Assembly: GCA_000175855.1 (NCBI GenBank)
Contig: ACYB01000035.1
Span: forward strand, 60,001 to 92,000
Reading direction: 5' to 3'
Source: Raphidiopsis brookii D9
GTDB taxonomy: Bacteria; Cyanobacteriota; Cyanobacteriia; Cyanobacteriales; Nostocaceae
Length of the DNA: 32,000 nucleotides
Position numbers and translations under genes: made by a program
Notes under the pieces: generated by a model
Told to the model about the DNA's origin: nothing
Database searches by the model: none
Seen by the model: only the letters and a program-made list of their open reading frames with translations
Shown: piece by piece, positions 1-9,781 of the stretch
How positions within the stretch are numbered: position 1 is the first letter of the stretch
How the letters are laid out: each line of letters opens with the position of its first letter

Positions 1-126
1 AAACAATATGAAACAGAAGCAGCTTTTTCTGCAGCAGTTTTGTTAGCACTTTTGGCAGTGGTCACCCTGGTGTTAAAAGAGATTTTAGAGCGCAAAACTC
101 GTATTAAGGATGATGGAGAAAACTAA
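1..126 (+). CDS. cysW: ABC transporter permease C-terminus, probably sulfate permease CysW (truncated by window start)
   Basis: Frame 1 translates KQYETEAAFSAAVLLALLAVVTLVLKEILERKTRIKDDGEN* (stop TAA 124-126). A last transmembrane helix followed by 'LKEILERK' is typical of CysW C-termini. Confidence 0.6.
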   Translation, partial: KQYETEAAFSAAVLLALLAVVTLVLKEILERKTRIKDDGEN

Positions 127-210
127 TTGTGGGATAGGCGTTCTTTCCCACCTTCACCTGGTTGACGGTTATAATTGACCAAATAACAGCAAATATATAG
201 GCATGAAACC

Positions 211-3108
211 GTGACCGAAACTGGAAAATACAAGGATACCGTTAATCTCCCCCAAACTGATTTTGATATGCGGGCAAATGCAATAAAACGCGAGCCGGAA
301 ATTCAAACATTTTGGGCGGAAAATAACATTTACTCGCGCCTGTCTCAAGAAAACCCGGGTGAACTATTTATACTTCATGATGGACCTCCCTATGCCAATG
401 GCTCATTGCATATTGGTCACGCTTTAAACAAAATTCTCAAAGATATTATTAACCGTTACCAATTACTGCAAGGTCGTAAAGTTAGATACGTGGCTGGGTG
501 GGATTGTCACGGACTACCAATTGAATTGAAAGTCCTGCAAGCTATGAAGTCCCCAGAACGGCAAAATCTTACTCCCCTACAGTTACGTCAAAAAGCAAAA
601 GATTTTGCTCTAGCAGCAGTTAGGGAACAACTAAGTAGTTTTAAACGTTATGGGATATGGAGTGATTGGGAGCATCCCTATTTAACTCTACAGCCAGAGT
701 ATGAGGCTGCCCAAATTGGTGTATTTGGCAGAATGTACTTAAAAGGATATATCTACCGAGGTCTTAAGCCTGTACATTGGAGTCCTAGTTCTAAAACCGC
801 TTTGGCAGAAGCTGAATTAGAATATCCAGAAGGACACGTTTCTAGGAGTATTTACACTGTCTTTCCAGTAATTAAGGTTTCGGAAAAGCTGAAGTCAGTT
901 TTGGCACCTTTTATGCCCGATTTGGCACTGGCTGTGTGGACAACTACTCCCTGGACCATACCTGGCAATTTAGCTATCGCAGTCAATGGGTCATTAAATT
1001 ATGCGGTGGTGGAGGTTTTACCTAATGAAAATTCCCTTTTCCACCACAAATATCTGATTGTGTCCACTGATTTAGTTCCCCGGTTGACCACCATTCTCAA
1101 TGTGGATTTGAGAGTGCAGGCAAGTTTTTCTGGTGAGGATTTAGAACATACTATCTACCGTCATCCCCTATTTGACCGGGAAAGTCCTGTGCTTATTGGT
1201 GGTGATTATATTACTACTGATTCCGGTACGGGTCTGGTACATACAGCTCCCGGTCATGGTCAAGAAGATTACATTGTCGGACAGCGTTATGGCTTACCAA
1301 TCCTCGCTCCTGTAGATGAAAATGGTAATTTTACTCAGGATGCTGGTAAATTTGCCGGTTTGAATGTTCTAGGGGAAGGTAACCAAGCAATTATTGATGC
1401 TCTTGCACAAGCAGGTTCTTTACTAAAAGAAGAGGCTTATCAACATAAATATCCCTATGACTGGCGTACTAATAAACCAACCATCTTCCGAGCTACAGAA
1501 CAGTGGTTTGCTTCAGTTCATGGCTTTAGAGAGGATGCTTTAAAAGCGATCGCCTCAGTCAGGTGGATTCCTCCCCAAGGAGAAAACCGCATTACCCCCA
1601 TGGTAGCGGAGCGATCAGATTGGTGTATTTCTCGTCAACGAGCTTGGGGTCTTCCTATTCCCGTATTCTACGACCAAGAAACGGGGGAGGTGTTGCTAAA
1701 TGAGGACACCATTAATCACGTTCAAGCTATCATTGCCCAGCGAGGTTCTGATGCTTGGTGGGAACTAGAAATTGCAGAACTCTTACCAGAACCATACCGT
1801 AGTAATGGGCATCAATATCGTCGAGGTATGGATACTATGGATGTGTGGTTTGATTCTGGTTCTTCCTGGGCAGCTGTAGCTAATCAGCGACAAGAACTAA
1901 CTTATCCCGTTGATATGTATTTGGAAGGTTCAGATCAACACCGAGGCTGGTTCCAGTCTTCCCTATTAACCAGCGTAGCAGTAAATGGCATTGCTCCCTA
2001 TAAAACCGTATTGACCCATGGATTTGTCCTTGATGAACAAGGAAGAAAAATGAGTAAGTCAATTGGTAATGTGGTAGATCCGCAAATTATCATCAATGGT
2101 GGTAAGGATCAGAAAAAAGACCCCGCCTACGGTGCGGATGTGTTGCGATTATGGGTTTCCTCCGTTGATTATTCCGGAGATGTCCGTTTAGGGGGTAATA
2201 TCATCAAGCAACTAGCTGATATCAGGAATAAAATCCGTAACACGGCAAGATTTTTATTGGGTAGTCTACATGACTTTGACCCGGAGAAAAATGCGGTTTC
2301 TCTGGAAAAATTACCGGACTTGGATCGGTACATGTTGCATCGTATATACGAGGTGTTTAGTGAAGTAACAGCAGCCTTTGAAACCTTTCAATTTTTCCGA
2401 TTTTTCCAAACAGTTCAGAATTTTTGCGTTGTGGACCTGTCTAACTTTTATTTAGACATTGCCAAGGATAGATTATACATTAGCGCAGCTGACAGTTTTA
2501 GAAGACGCAGTTGTCAAACAATCCTACATATAGCCCTGGAAAATCTAGTTAGGGCGATCGCTCCAGTGTTGTGTCATACTGCGGAAGACATTTGGCAATT
2601 TATTCCCTATTCCAGGAGTGAGAAATCAGTTTTTCAAGCTGGGTGGGTAAAGATTGATCCCCAGTGGAAAAATCCTGAATTGGAAAATAAATGGCACACC
2701 TTACGCATGCTGCGCACGGATGTGAATAAAGTCTTGGAACAGGTGCGGATGGAAAAAAAGATTGGTTCCTCCTTGGAAGCAAAAATATTGGTTTACATTG
2801 CCAATTCCCATTCACAATTATCTCAAACTATCCAAGACTTCAATTCCCAAAGGGATGGGGAAATAGGGAATGGGGTAGATGAATTGAGGTACTTACTCAT
2901 AGCATCACAAGTGGAAATAGTGGAGGATCTGGCCCAATTATCCCAATTGCAATATACAACAACCACAGAAAATTGGACCATAGGGGTAGTGAATGCGGAG
3001 GGAGAGAAATGCGATAGATGTTGGAATTATTCCACCCAGACGGGGGAGTCCTCAGACCATCCTCTATTATGCGAGAGATGCGTTTTAGCCTTAGCAGGTG
3101 AGTTTTAG
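211..3108 (+). CDS. ileS: Isoleucyl-tRNA synthetase
   Basis: 965 aa; HIGH-type motif GSLHIGHALNKILKDI, KMSKS motif (GRKMSKSIGNVVDP), C-terminal zinc site CDRCWNY...CERCV. Confidence 0.97.
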   Translation: MTETGKYKDTVNLPQTDFDMRANAIKREPEIQTFWAENNIYSRLSQENPGELFILHDGPPYANGSLHIGHALNKILKDIINRYQLLQGRKVRYVAGWDCHGLPIELKVLQAMKSPERQNLTPLQLRQKAKDFALAAVREQLSSFKRYGIWSDWEHPYLTLQPEYEAAQIGVFGRMYLKGYIYRGLKPVHWSPSSKTALAEAELEYPEGHVSRSIYTVFPVIKVSEKLKSVLAPFMPDLALAVWTTTPWTIPGNLAIAVNGSLNYAVVEVLPNENSLFHHKYLIVSTDLVPRLTTILNVDLRVQASFSGEDLEHTIYRHPLFDRESPVLIGGDYITTDSGTGLVHTAPGHGQEDYIVGQRYGLPILAPVDENGNFTQDAGKFAGLNVLGEGNQAIIDALAQAGSLLKEEAYQHKYPYDWRTNKPTIFRATEQWFASVHGFREDALKAIASVRWIPPQGENRITPMVAERSDWCISRQRAWGLPIPVFYDQETGEVLLNEDTINHVQAIIAQRGSDAWWELEIAELLPEPYRSNGHQYRRGMDTMDVWFDSGSSWAAVANQRQELTYPVDMYLEGSDQHRGWFQSSLLTSVAVNGIAPYKTVLTHGFVLDEQGRKMSKSIGNVVDPQIIINGGKDQKKDPAYGADVLRLWVSSVDYSGDVRLGGNIIKQLADIRNKIRNTARFLLGSLHDFDPEKNAVSLEKLPDLDRYMLHRIYEVFSEVTAAFETFQFFRFFQTVQNFCVVDLSNFYLDIAKDRLYISAADSFRRRSCQTILHIALENLVRAIAPVLCHTAEDIWQFIPYSRSEKSVFQAGWVKIDPQWKNPELENKWHTLRMLRTDVNKVLEQVRMEKKIGSSLEAKILVYIANSHSQLSQTIQDFNSQRDGEIGNGVDELRYLLIASQVEIVEDLAQLSQLQYTTTTENWTIGVVNAEGEKCDRCWNYSTQTGESSDHPLLCERCVLALAGEF

Positions 3109-3138
3109 AACTAGTGTACCTAATGTAAGGGGATTAAG

Positions 3139-4410
3139 CTATTCTCCCTCCTGTTTATGAGGGGGAATACGCTCAAATTCTTGTTCTAGCAGATCTCTGT
3201 CACTACTATAAATTACATTTTCCTTACCAATAACTGTTTCCTGGGCAAAGTTACGGGTGAAGTCTATTTTCTTTTGTAGATTTTCACTAGGATCTGCGAG
3301 AACTCTTACTCGTTCTAGACGCTCGCGGTTGCGACTGGCAATTTTTTGGTTGCGCGATTGAATCCAAAAATAGCGTCCTAAGGGTATCCCTAAAAAGCCA
3401 ATTCCATAAGTCAATAGTAACCAATAAATACTTTGCACAAAACCTACTAGTCCCCCCGCTTCCAAACCAACTGTTTGAGTGAGTAAGTTACCTAGCACTA
3501 AAGCTCCTACCAGATTTAACACTCCCAAACCAGCACTCATCATAATTTGTCCAGAACTAGCAGCACTAAATTGCCATGGGTTCTCTTCTAAGAATAAGTC
3601 TACTGGTTCATCTATTTTTTTGCTGGCTTGTACCTGCAATTCAGGAAAATAATACACAATTTGTCCATCCGGACTTACCTGAGGTTTACCATTGTACCTG
3701 ACCAAAACTGGTAACATATAATCTTCATATTCCTGTTGGTATTTTTCCCCTAAATTATCTAGATAGGGAGCAATTTGTTCAGCAACTACTGCTCCTTGAT
3801 TATTGGTAATAACAGTGCCAATTTGCTGCCAACGTCTTTCCTCTAATTTGCTGTTAGGATTACCATCACCAAATAAAAAGGAAAATACTGCTTCCAAAAA
3901 GTTTAACTCCCCATTCCCCCGATTTTCTTTTCGTTCTATTTGTCTTTCTTGACTATAATAATTCGGACTAAAATACCAAAACAAATCTGGAAAAAAGAAG
4001 ATATCAAATCCCCTAAATCCTCCATCTCTATTATCTTCATCCCGATTTGAGCTGCTGGCAGTAATAATGATAATTATAGTTAAAGTAATGATAACAATTG
4101 AAGCAATCAGTAAAACACCAAAAGAAATCCTAATTATATAAAACAGCACCTGCCAAATTCTTGCCCACCACTCCCGTAAGCGCAATTGCACATACTTGTT
4201 TCTTAAAATTGTTCTAAAATTCTGTGGAAATTGATAAACAATGTCCCCAGTATCTGCTACTTGTAAATGCCCACCTGCGTCAGCAGCTAAAACTAACATT
4301 CCTTCATTTGCTTCAGCAAGTCCCAAACCAGATCTAGCAGCCACATCACCTACTGTAACACGGTAGCCGAGTTTTTCTATGGCTCCCATAATAGCGGGAT
4401 TAGGTATCAT
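3139..4410 (-). CDS. Conserved cyanobacterial membrane protein of unknown function
   Basis: 423 aa ORF with N-terminal helical region, a strongly hydrophobic segment (FYIIRISFGVLLIASIVIITLTIIII) and further TM-like segments. Confidence 0.75.
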   Translation of the reverse strand: MIPNPAIMGAIEKLGYRVTVGDVAARSGLGLAEANEGMLVLAADAGGHLQVADTGDIVYQFPQNFRTILRNKYVQLRLREWWARIWQVLFYIIRISFGVLLIASIVIITLTIIIIITASSSNRDEDNRDGGFRGFDIFFFPDLFWYFSPNYYSQERQIERKENRGNGELNFLEAVFSFLFGDGNPNSKLEERRWQQIGTVITNNQGAVVAEQIAPYLDNLGEKYQQEYEDYMLPVLVRYNGKPQVSPDGQIVYYFPELQVQASKKIDEPVDLFLEENPWQFSAASSGQIMMSAGLGVLNLVGALVLGNLLTQTVGLEAGGLVGFVQSIYWLLLTYGIGFLGIPLGRYFWIQSRNQKIASRNRERLERVRVLADPSENLQKKIDFTRNFAQETVIGKENVIYSSDRDLLEQEFERIPPHKQEGE

Positions 4411-4512
4411 TCTCCCCTCCTATTGCATTCCATGAAGCAGGTTGTTTTTTTTGACTTCATGGCAGTGATTATAGCATTTTTGGAGAACTAAACACCAGGT
4501 GCTTGTTTAAAA

Positions 4513-4584
4513 CTGGGGCGCTAGGATTCGAACCTAGGGATGGCGGGACCAAAACCCGCTGCCTTACCGCTTGGCTACGCCCCA
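4513..4584 (-). tRNA. trnQ: tRNA-Gln (anticodon UUG)
   Basis: Reverse complement TGGGGCGTAGCCAAGCGGTAAGGCAGCGGGTTTTGGTCCCGCCATCCCTAGGTTCGAATCCTAGCGCCCCAG folds as a cloverleaf: 7-bp acceptor, TTG anticodon, GGTTCGAATCC T-arm. CCA is not encoded. Confidence 0.95.
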
Positions 4585-4737
4585 TTGATTTCACCTCACT
4601 ACTATAGCAGTTATCCCCGGGATGGTGTCAAGTATTTTTTTAAAAAATTTTCTCTGTCAACATTTAAGGTCACCTTGTTGGTCAGGGAGTATGTCAAGAT
4701 AGTGATAGAGTCGCTTGATTTATTTTATGATGAGATT

Positions 4738-5895
4738 ATGAGCCAAGAGGAATCTTCTACTGCAAAACTGACCGATGATGGGTGGGAGGAACTAACCACT
4801 CCTGTAACCCCACCATCCACGGAAATTTTATCGCCAAATGAATCTTATGTCAGTCAGTTGGTGGAATCAGATCCCCATCTCAATTCTTTGTATATAGTTA
4901 CAGCAGAACAGGTAGCGGATTTGCAATCTACTCAAGCTGCACTGAAAACAGAAATCTCCCAACTACAAGTTACTTATATTGCGCTTCAAAGTCAAGTATC
5001 GGAGACCCAAACGAATCTCTCTAGAATAGTGCAGGAGTCTTTATCTCTTTTAGAACAACGTAAACAAAGTCTACAAATATCCGTGGAGCAATTAGAACGG
5101 AGACAAGAACGCATTAAAAATGAAATGCGCACGACTTTCGCAGGAACTTCCCAGGATCTGGCAATTCGGGTACAGGGTTTTAAGGACTACCTCACAGGGA
5201 GTTTACAGGACCTGGTGACCGCAGCAGAGCAATTACCTCTTGTTCCCATTCCGGAAAAACTTAAATCGGTAACTACGGAGATTAAGCAGGATTTGGCCAA
5301 AGAAGTTAAATCCAATGGAACTCAGTCTGTTAGTATACAGTTTGCTCAACAACAGTTTCAAGAAACAACAAAGCAGATTCAGCGACTGTTAGAACAGTAT
5401 CGCAATCAACCAGACTATTATGGTCCTCCATGGCAACTAAGACGCACTTTTGAACCCGTTCATCTGGAACGAGTTTCTAAATGGTTTTTTACTCTGGGTG
5501 GACGTGGTGCTTTACCAACCATGAGCAGTCGTCTGCAAAATGTTTTGATTTCTTCCGCAGCAGTATCAATTCTACACAAATTATATGGCGATCGCCTGCG
5601 TACGCTAATTTTAGCGAATAGTCCTGAAAGGTTAGGGGAATGGCGCAGGGGGTTACAAGATTGTTTGGGTATTGGTCGTTCTGATTTTGGACCAGACAGA
5701 GGAGTGGTATTATTTGAAGCAGCTACAGCTTTAGCCCAAAAAGCGGATAGACTAATTAAGTCCAATCAAATGCCTTTGATTATCATTGATGATTCTGAAG
5801 AGCAGGTTAGTTTAGGACTATTGCAATTTCCTTTGTGGTTAGCTTTTGCACCTGATCCTAAAATGATGCGAGATAGATATGATGAAGATTTCTAA
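4738..5895 (+). CDS. Conserved cyanobacterial coiled-coil protein, probably DUF3086 family
   Basis: ORF track starts at 4540, but that overlaps the tRNA-Gln gene. ATG at 4738 (MSQEESSTAKL...) is the plausible start. Conserved-looking C-terminal block FTLGGRGALPTMSSRLQNVLISSAAVSILHKLYGDRLR. Confidence 0.75.
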   Translation: MSQEESSTAKLTDDGWEELTTPVTPPSTEILSPNESYVSQLVESDPHLNSLYIVTAEQVADLQSTQAALKTEISQLQVTYIALQSQVSETQTNLSRIVQESLSLLEQRKQSLQISVEQLERRQERIKNEMRTTFAGTSQDLAIRVQGFKDYLTGSLQDLVTAAEQLPLVPIPEKLKSVTTEIKQDLAKEVKSNGTQSVSIQFAQQQFQETTKQIQRLLEQYRNQPDYYGPPWQLRRTFEPVHLERVSKWFFTLGGRGALPTMSSRLQNVLISSAAVSILHKLYGDRLRTLILANSPERLGEWRRGLQDCLGIGRSDFGPDRGVVLFEAATALAQKADRLIKSNQMPLIIIDDSEEQVSLGLLQFPLWLAFAPDPKMMRDRYDEDF

Positions 5896-5912
5896 TAACT
5901 AGGTTGTAAATT

Positions 5913-6602
5913 ATGACTATTTGGTTTGTGTGGTGTGGATTGGTAATCATATTGGCTTATTTATTGGGTTCCTTTCCCACCGGGTATCTGGTGGGTAAAA
6001 TATTGAAAGGGATTGATATTAGACAAGTCGGATCTGGGTCTACTGGTGCAACTAATGTTTTGAGAACTTTAGGTAAGGGACCGGGTGCATTTGTGTTAAT
6101 CATTGATTGCTTAAAGGGAGTTTTAGCCATTAATTTAGTATATATATTATACAGTAGTCAGTTGAACTTAATGGATAGCAGTTTAAATGTGGAAGCATGG
6201 CGATCGTGGTTAGTGACCCTAGTAGGGTTGATGGCAATATTGGGACATAGTAAGTCCATATTTTTAGGTTTTACTGGTGGTAAGTCAGTAGCCACCAGCT
6301 TAGGTATTTTATTAGCAATAAATTGGCAGGTAGGTGTGGGCACCCTAGGTGTTTTTATAGTAGTTATTGCCATATCTAAAATTGTTTCTTTAAGTTCTAT
6401 TGCTGGTGCAATTGCCGTTTCCATTTTGATGATAGTTTTTCAACAACCATTGGCTTATATTATATTTAGCCTCCTTAGTGGTTTATATGTAATTATACGT
6501 CACCGTAGTAATATTGACAGACTATTAGCAGGTAAAGAACCAAAAATCGGACAAAAGGTAGAACAACTAACTGGTGATTCTAGCGTCACTGATGCTCCTT
6601 AA
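5913..6602 (+). CDS. plsY: Acyl-phosphate:glycerol-3-phosphate acyltransferase PlsY
   Basis: LLGSFPTGYLVGK, GSGSTGATNVLRTLG, GHSKSIFLGFTGGKSVATSLG motifs; multi-TM. Confidence 0.95.
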   Translation: MTIWFVWCGLVIILAYLLGSFPTGYLVGKILKGIDIRQVGSGSTGATNVLRTLGKGPGAFVLIIDCLKGVLAINLVYILYSSQLNLMDSSLNVEAWRSWLVTLVGLMAILGHSKSIFLGFTGGKSVATSLGILLAINWQVGVGTLGVFIVVIAISKIVSLSSIAGAIAVSILMIVFQQPLAYIIFSLLSGLYVIIRHRSNIDRLLAGKEPKIGQKVEQLTGDSSVTDAP

Positions 6603-6636
6603 TTTTCTGTGGAACTATACCAGGAGAAGTTAGCTG

Positions 6637-6846
6637 ATGAATGATTTACCTTGTCAAGAACTCAAAGAAATTATTATTCAACACGGTCGTTCCTTATGTG
6701 ACAATCCAGAATATTGTGAGGCCTTCTTGCGCGACTGGCTGATGAATGATTTACCTCGTCAAAAACTCAAAGAAATTATTATTGAACATGCTCGCTCCTT
6801 ATGTAACAATCCACAACGTTGTGAGGCCTTCCTTAACAATTATCAT
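6637..6846 (+). repeat. Tandem 105-bp in-frame duplication (two 35-aa units)
   Basis: Copies 6637-6741 and 6742-6846: MNDLPCQELKEIIIQHGRSLCDNPEYCEAFLRDWL versus MNDLPRQKLKEIIIEHARSLCNNPQRCEAFLNNYH, 24/35 identical residues. Confidence 0.85.
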
Positions 6847-7354
6847 GGAGAATATAAGCGAGACCTAGTTTTGATTATTAGTGCTTTAAAACAGGCTGCT
6901 GCCAAAGACCTCCTGAATTTCAACTACATTAATATTGAATTGTTAGTGGGTAGATTAATTAAAAAAATAGCACAATAGTCTGAGTTTAACACAAAAAGCA
7001 GCCCACTGTGCAGATAAAAGTTTGGACCAGGTTTTGGATAAGATGGTTCAACTCATCACATTCGTAGAAAATGTATTAAGTAATGAAGAATCAATTGCCT
7101 TGGACCATAAGAAAGCTGCTTTAGACCGGGAGAAAGAGACACTCCTTCTGGAGGGAAAAATATCCTCTTTGAGTGTCAAAAGTCAGCAAATTGAAGAGAT
7201 TAAGGGGCAAACAAGAGAGATCAATGAGAGGACAGGCAAGATCCTCGCATCTCTGGATAATTTGCTCACTGAAGTAAATCTTGCTGCTCCTGAGAATGGA
7301 GATGAGATGACCATAATTATGGATAGCGATCTGGTAAAAGACCGTTATGCCTAA
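6637..7354 (+). pseudogene. Probable frameshifted cyanobacterial gene: duplicated N-terminal module followed by a coiled coil
   Basis: ORF 6637-6978 (113 aa) has two tandem 35-aa copies of MNDLPxQxLKEIII. It ends RLIKKIAQ*, and the next frame (open from 6971) continues HNSLSLTQKAAHCADKSLDQVLDKM..., which completes the usual family pattern RLxxRLxDNLxLTEEAAxWAVxSWAxAL. The remainder is the 7022-7354 ORF. Confidence 0.5.
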
Positions 7355-9428
7355 GTAGCGCCTTGGTACTCGGTTTTCGACCTCGAAAGGCTTCAAAAAT
7401 CTCCATGGGATGTTTACTACCACCCAGAGATAAAATTGTATCTCGATAACGACGACCAATAATTTGCACTGCTTCTTCATTATCTAGTCCAGCTTCTTCA
7501 AAAGCAGCAAAAGCGTCCGCACTTAAAACCTCTGCCCATTTGTAACTGTAATATCCAGCCGCATAACCACCTTCAAAAATATGACCGAAGGCACAGAGAA
7601 ATTGATCCTCTGGTAAAGGAGACAAAATAGTAGTAGTTTTAGCAATACGATTACGTATATCTACTGGGGTTTCTTGATCAGTGGGAAAATAGCGATGGTG
7701 TAATTCTAAATCCACCATACTCAGGTGAATTTGTCGTAACATTGCGGAACCGCTCATGTAGTTACGGGCATCCAACAGTTTGTGATAGTATTCTTCTGGA
7801 AGTGGCTCACCCGTTTGATAGTGTTTAGCCATACCAAAGAGGGTGGGACGGTCATAACACCAATTTTCCATGAATTGACTAGGCAACTCCACTGCATCCC
7901 ACTCTACATTATTAATACCTGCTGCTCCAGCATAATCAACTTGGGTGAGCATGTGGTGGAGACCATGACCAAACTCATGAAAGAGAGTTTCTACTTCATC
8001 AAAAGTCATCAAACTGGGCTTGTCATCCACAGGGGGAGTTTGATTACAAATGAGATAGGCCACCGGTGAGCAGACCACATCTACACCATTTTGGGTAAGC
8101 CTACGACGGTGAATACAAACATCCATCCAAGCTCCACCACGTTTTTCTGCTGGTCTACTGTAGAGATCTAGATAAAAGTAAGCAATGGTTCTACCAGAGG
8201 GGTCAGAAATTTTAAAATAGCGAACATCTTCGTGCCAAACGGGAGCTTGACCATCTGCTGGACTAACGATTACACCAAACAGACGTTGAACCAGGTTAAA
8301 TAGACCATTGAGAACTTGAGGGAGGGGAAAATAGGGACGTAATTCCTCCTGGGTGAAAGTGAATTTTGCCTCTCGCTGACGCTCAGCCCAAAAACTGACA
8401 TCCCAATGTTGCAGATCCTCTGTTTGGGGGAATCCATGGTTTTTGGCAAAGGTTTTCAGATCTGCTATTTCCTGGGTAGCTGCATCATAACTGACTTGAC
8501 GTAACTCTTCTAGTAGTTTTTCTACTGCACTAACCTTTTGGGCCATCTTACTAGCGAGACTTAACTGGGCATAGTTTTCAAAGCCCAGTAATCCTGCCAT
8601 TTCTTGTCTTAGTCCCAAAATCTCCTGAATTAGAGGATTATTGTCCAAATCCCCGCTAGCAGCACGACTAATGTAGGCTTTATATAACTTTTCCCGCAGG
8701 TCTCGACGAGTGCTATGCTGCATGAAGGGGAAATAGCTAGGAAAATCTAGGGTAATGTGCCAAGGACCAGTCCGTGGGTTAGCTTGTTCCTCTCCCGCAC
8801 CACGAGCAGCTTGAGCAGCTAAACTAAGTAAACTGCTTGGTAACCCCTCAACTTCTTCTTTAGTAGTTAAAACTAGACTATACGCCGTAGTTGCATCCAA
8901 AAGATGGTTAGCAAACTGAGTCGTTAGCTTGGCCAACTGCATTTGAATCCGATTAAAGTGCTCCCTTGATTCCCCTGATAAAGCGACACCAGACAGTTGA
9001 GCGTCTCTAATAGCAGCTTCTACAATACGTTTTTGAGCTGGTTTGAGGCTATCCCAACAATTCCCATGATGCAGATCGTTGAATGCTTGATAAATAGGTT
9101 TACTTTGACCAAGGGCATTAGTAAACTCTACCACTTGTGGTTGTACCTTTTGATAAGCTATTCGCAAATCAGGACTGTTCTTTACAGCCATTAGGTGGTT
9201 TAATACTCGCCAGCTCCAAGATAATCTTTCTGTTAACTGCTCTAGTGGCTCCACTAAATCATTCCAAGATGGTTCTACACTAGATTCTAAGATGGTCAGT
9301 TGTTTCCATAGTTCTGTTAATAGCTGGGTAAATGCAGGCTCTACCTGATCCGGAGTAATATCTGTAAATGGAGGTAGACCAGAGCCTTGAAGAAGGGGAT
9401 TGTGATCAACAGTGACACTTGCACTCAT
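7317..9428 (-). CDS. prlC: M3 family metallopeptidase (oligopeptidase A-like)
   Basis: 703 aa; zinc motif [48 protein letters not shown]. Confidence 0.9.
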   Translation of the reverse strand: [703 protein letters not shown]

Positions 9429-9781
9429 GTTTTTGTCTGGGAGCTAATCAATGAATAAAAAGAGGTTTTTGCCTATAGTGTAATAACGTTACTCAATAGG
9501 TCTAGTAGAAGGTTAGTTAGTTTAGTTTTTTTTTGAGAAGTTTTGTTATTGAACGGGCTTTAACAACTAAGTATTAGTTAACAAATCTTTAGAATTCTCT
9601 ATTTATTTGGTTAAGCAGTTTATCCCATAATGGTTTTGGTATTTAACAAAAGTTATCTAGAATTTATTTACTAGCAAATACTAACATGAAATCGTTTTTA
9701 GGTAAATTTTTTTTATATTTGGTTTTGGCTTAGTATATGGTTATTTTAGCCATCATGTGCAAATGGTCGGAGGCAAAATGC

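Noticed and set aside
4430-4462. Inverted repeat CCATGAAG ... CTTCATGG with 17-nt loop upstream of the 3139-4410 gene
   Set aside because: Weak 8-bp AT-rich stem with a long loop containing a T-run; not distinguishable from chance.
5460-5765. 101-aa ORF antisense to the DUF3086-like gene
   Set aside because: Shadow ORF inside a better-supported CDS.
7121-7480. 119-aa ORF on the minus strand
   Set aside because: Overlaps prlC on the same strand in another frame and the coiled-coil ORF; non-conserved-looking sequence.
9429-9781. 353-bp AT-rich gap between the M3 peptidase and acylphosphatase genes, checked for an NtcA box, ncRNA or ORF
   Set aside because: Contains GTAATAACGTTAC, but that is GTA-N7-TAC, not N8. 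Only very short ORFs and T-runs; no stable structure recognised by eye.
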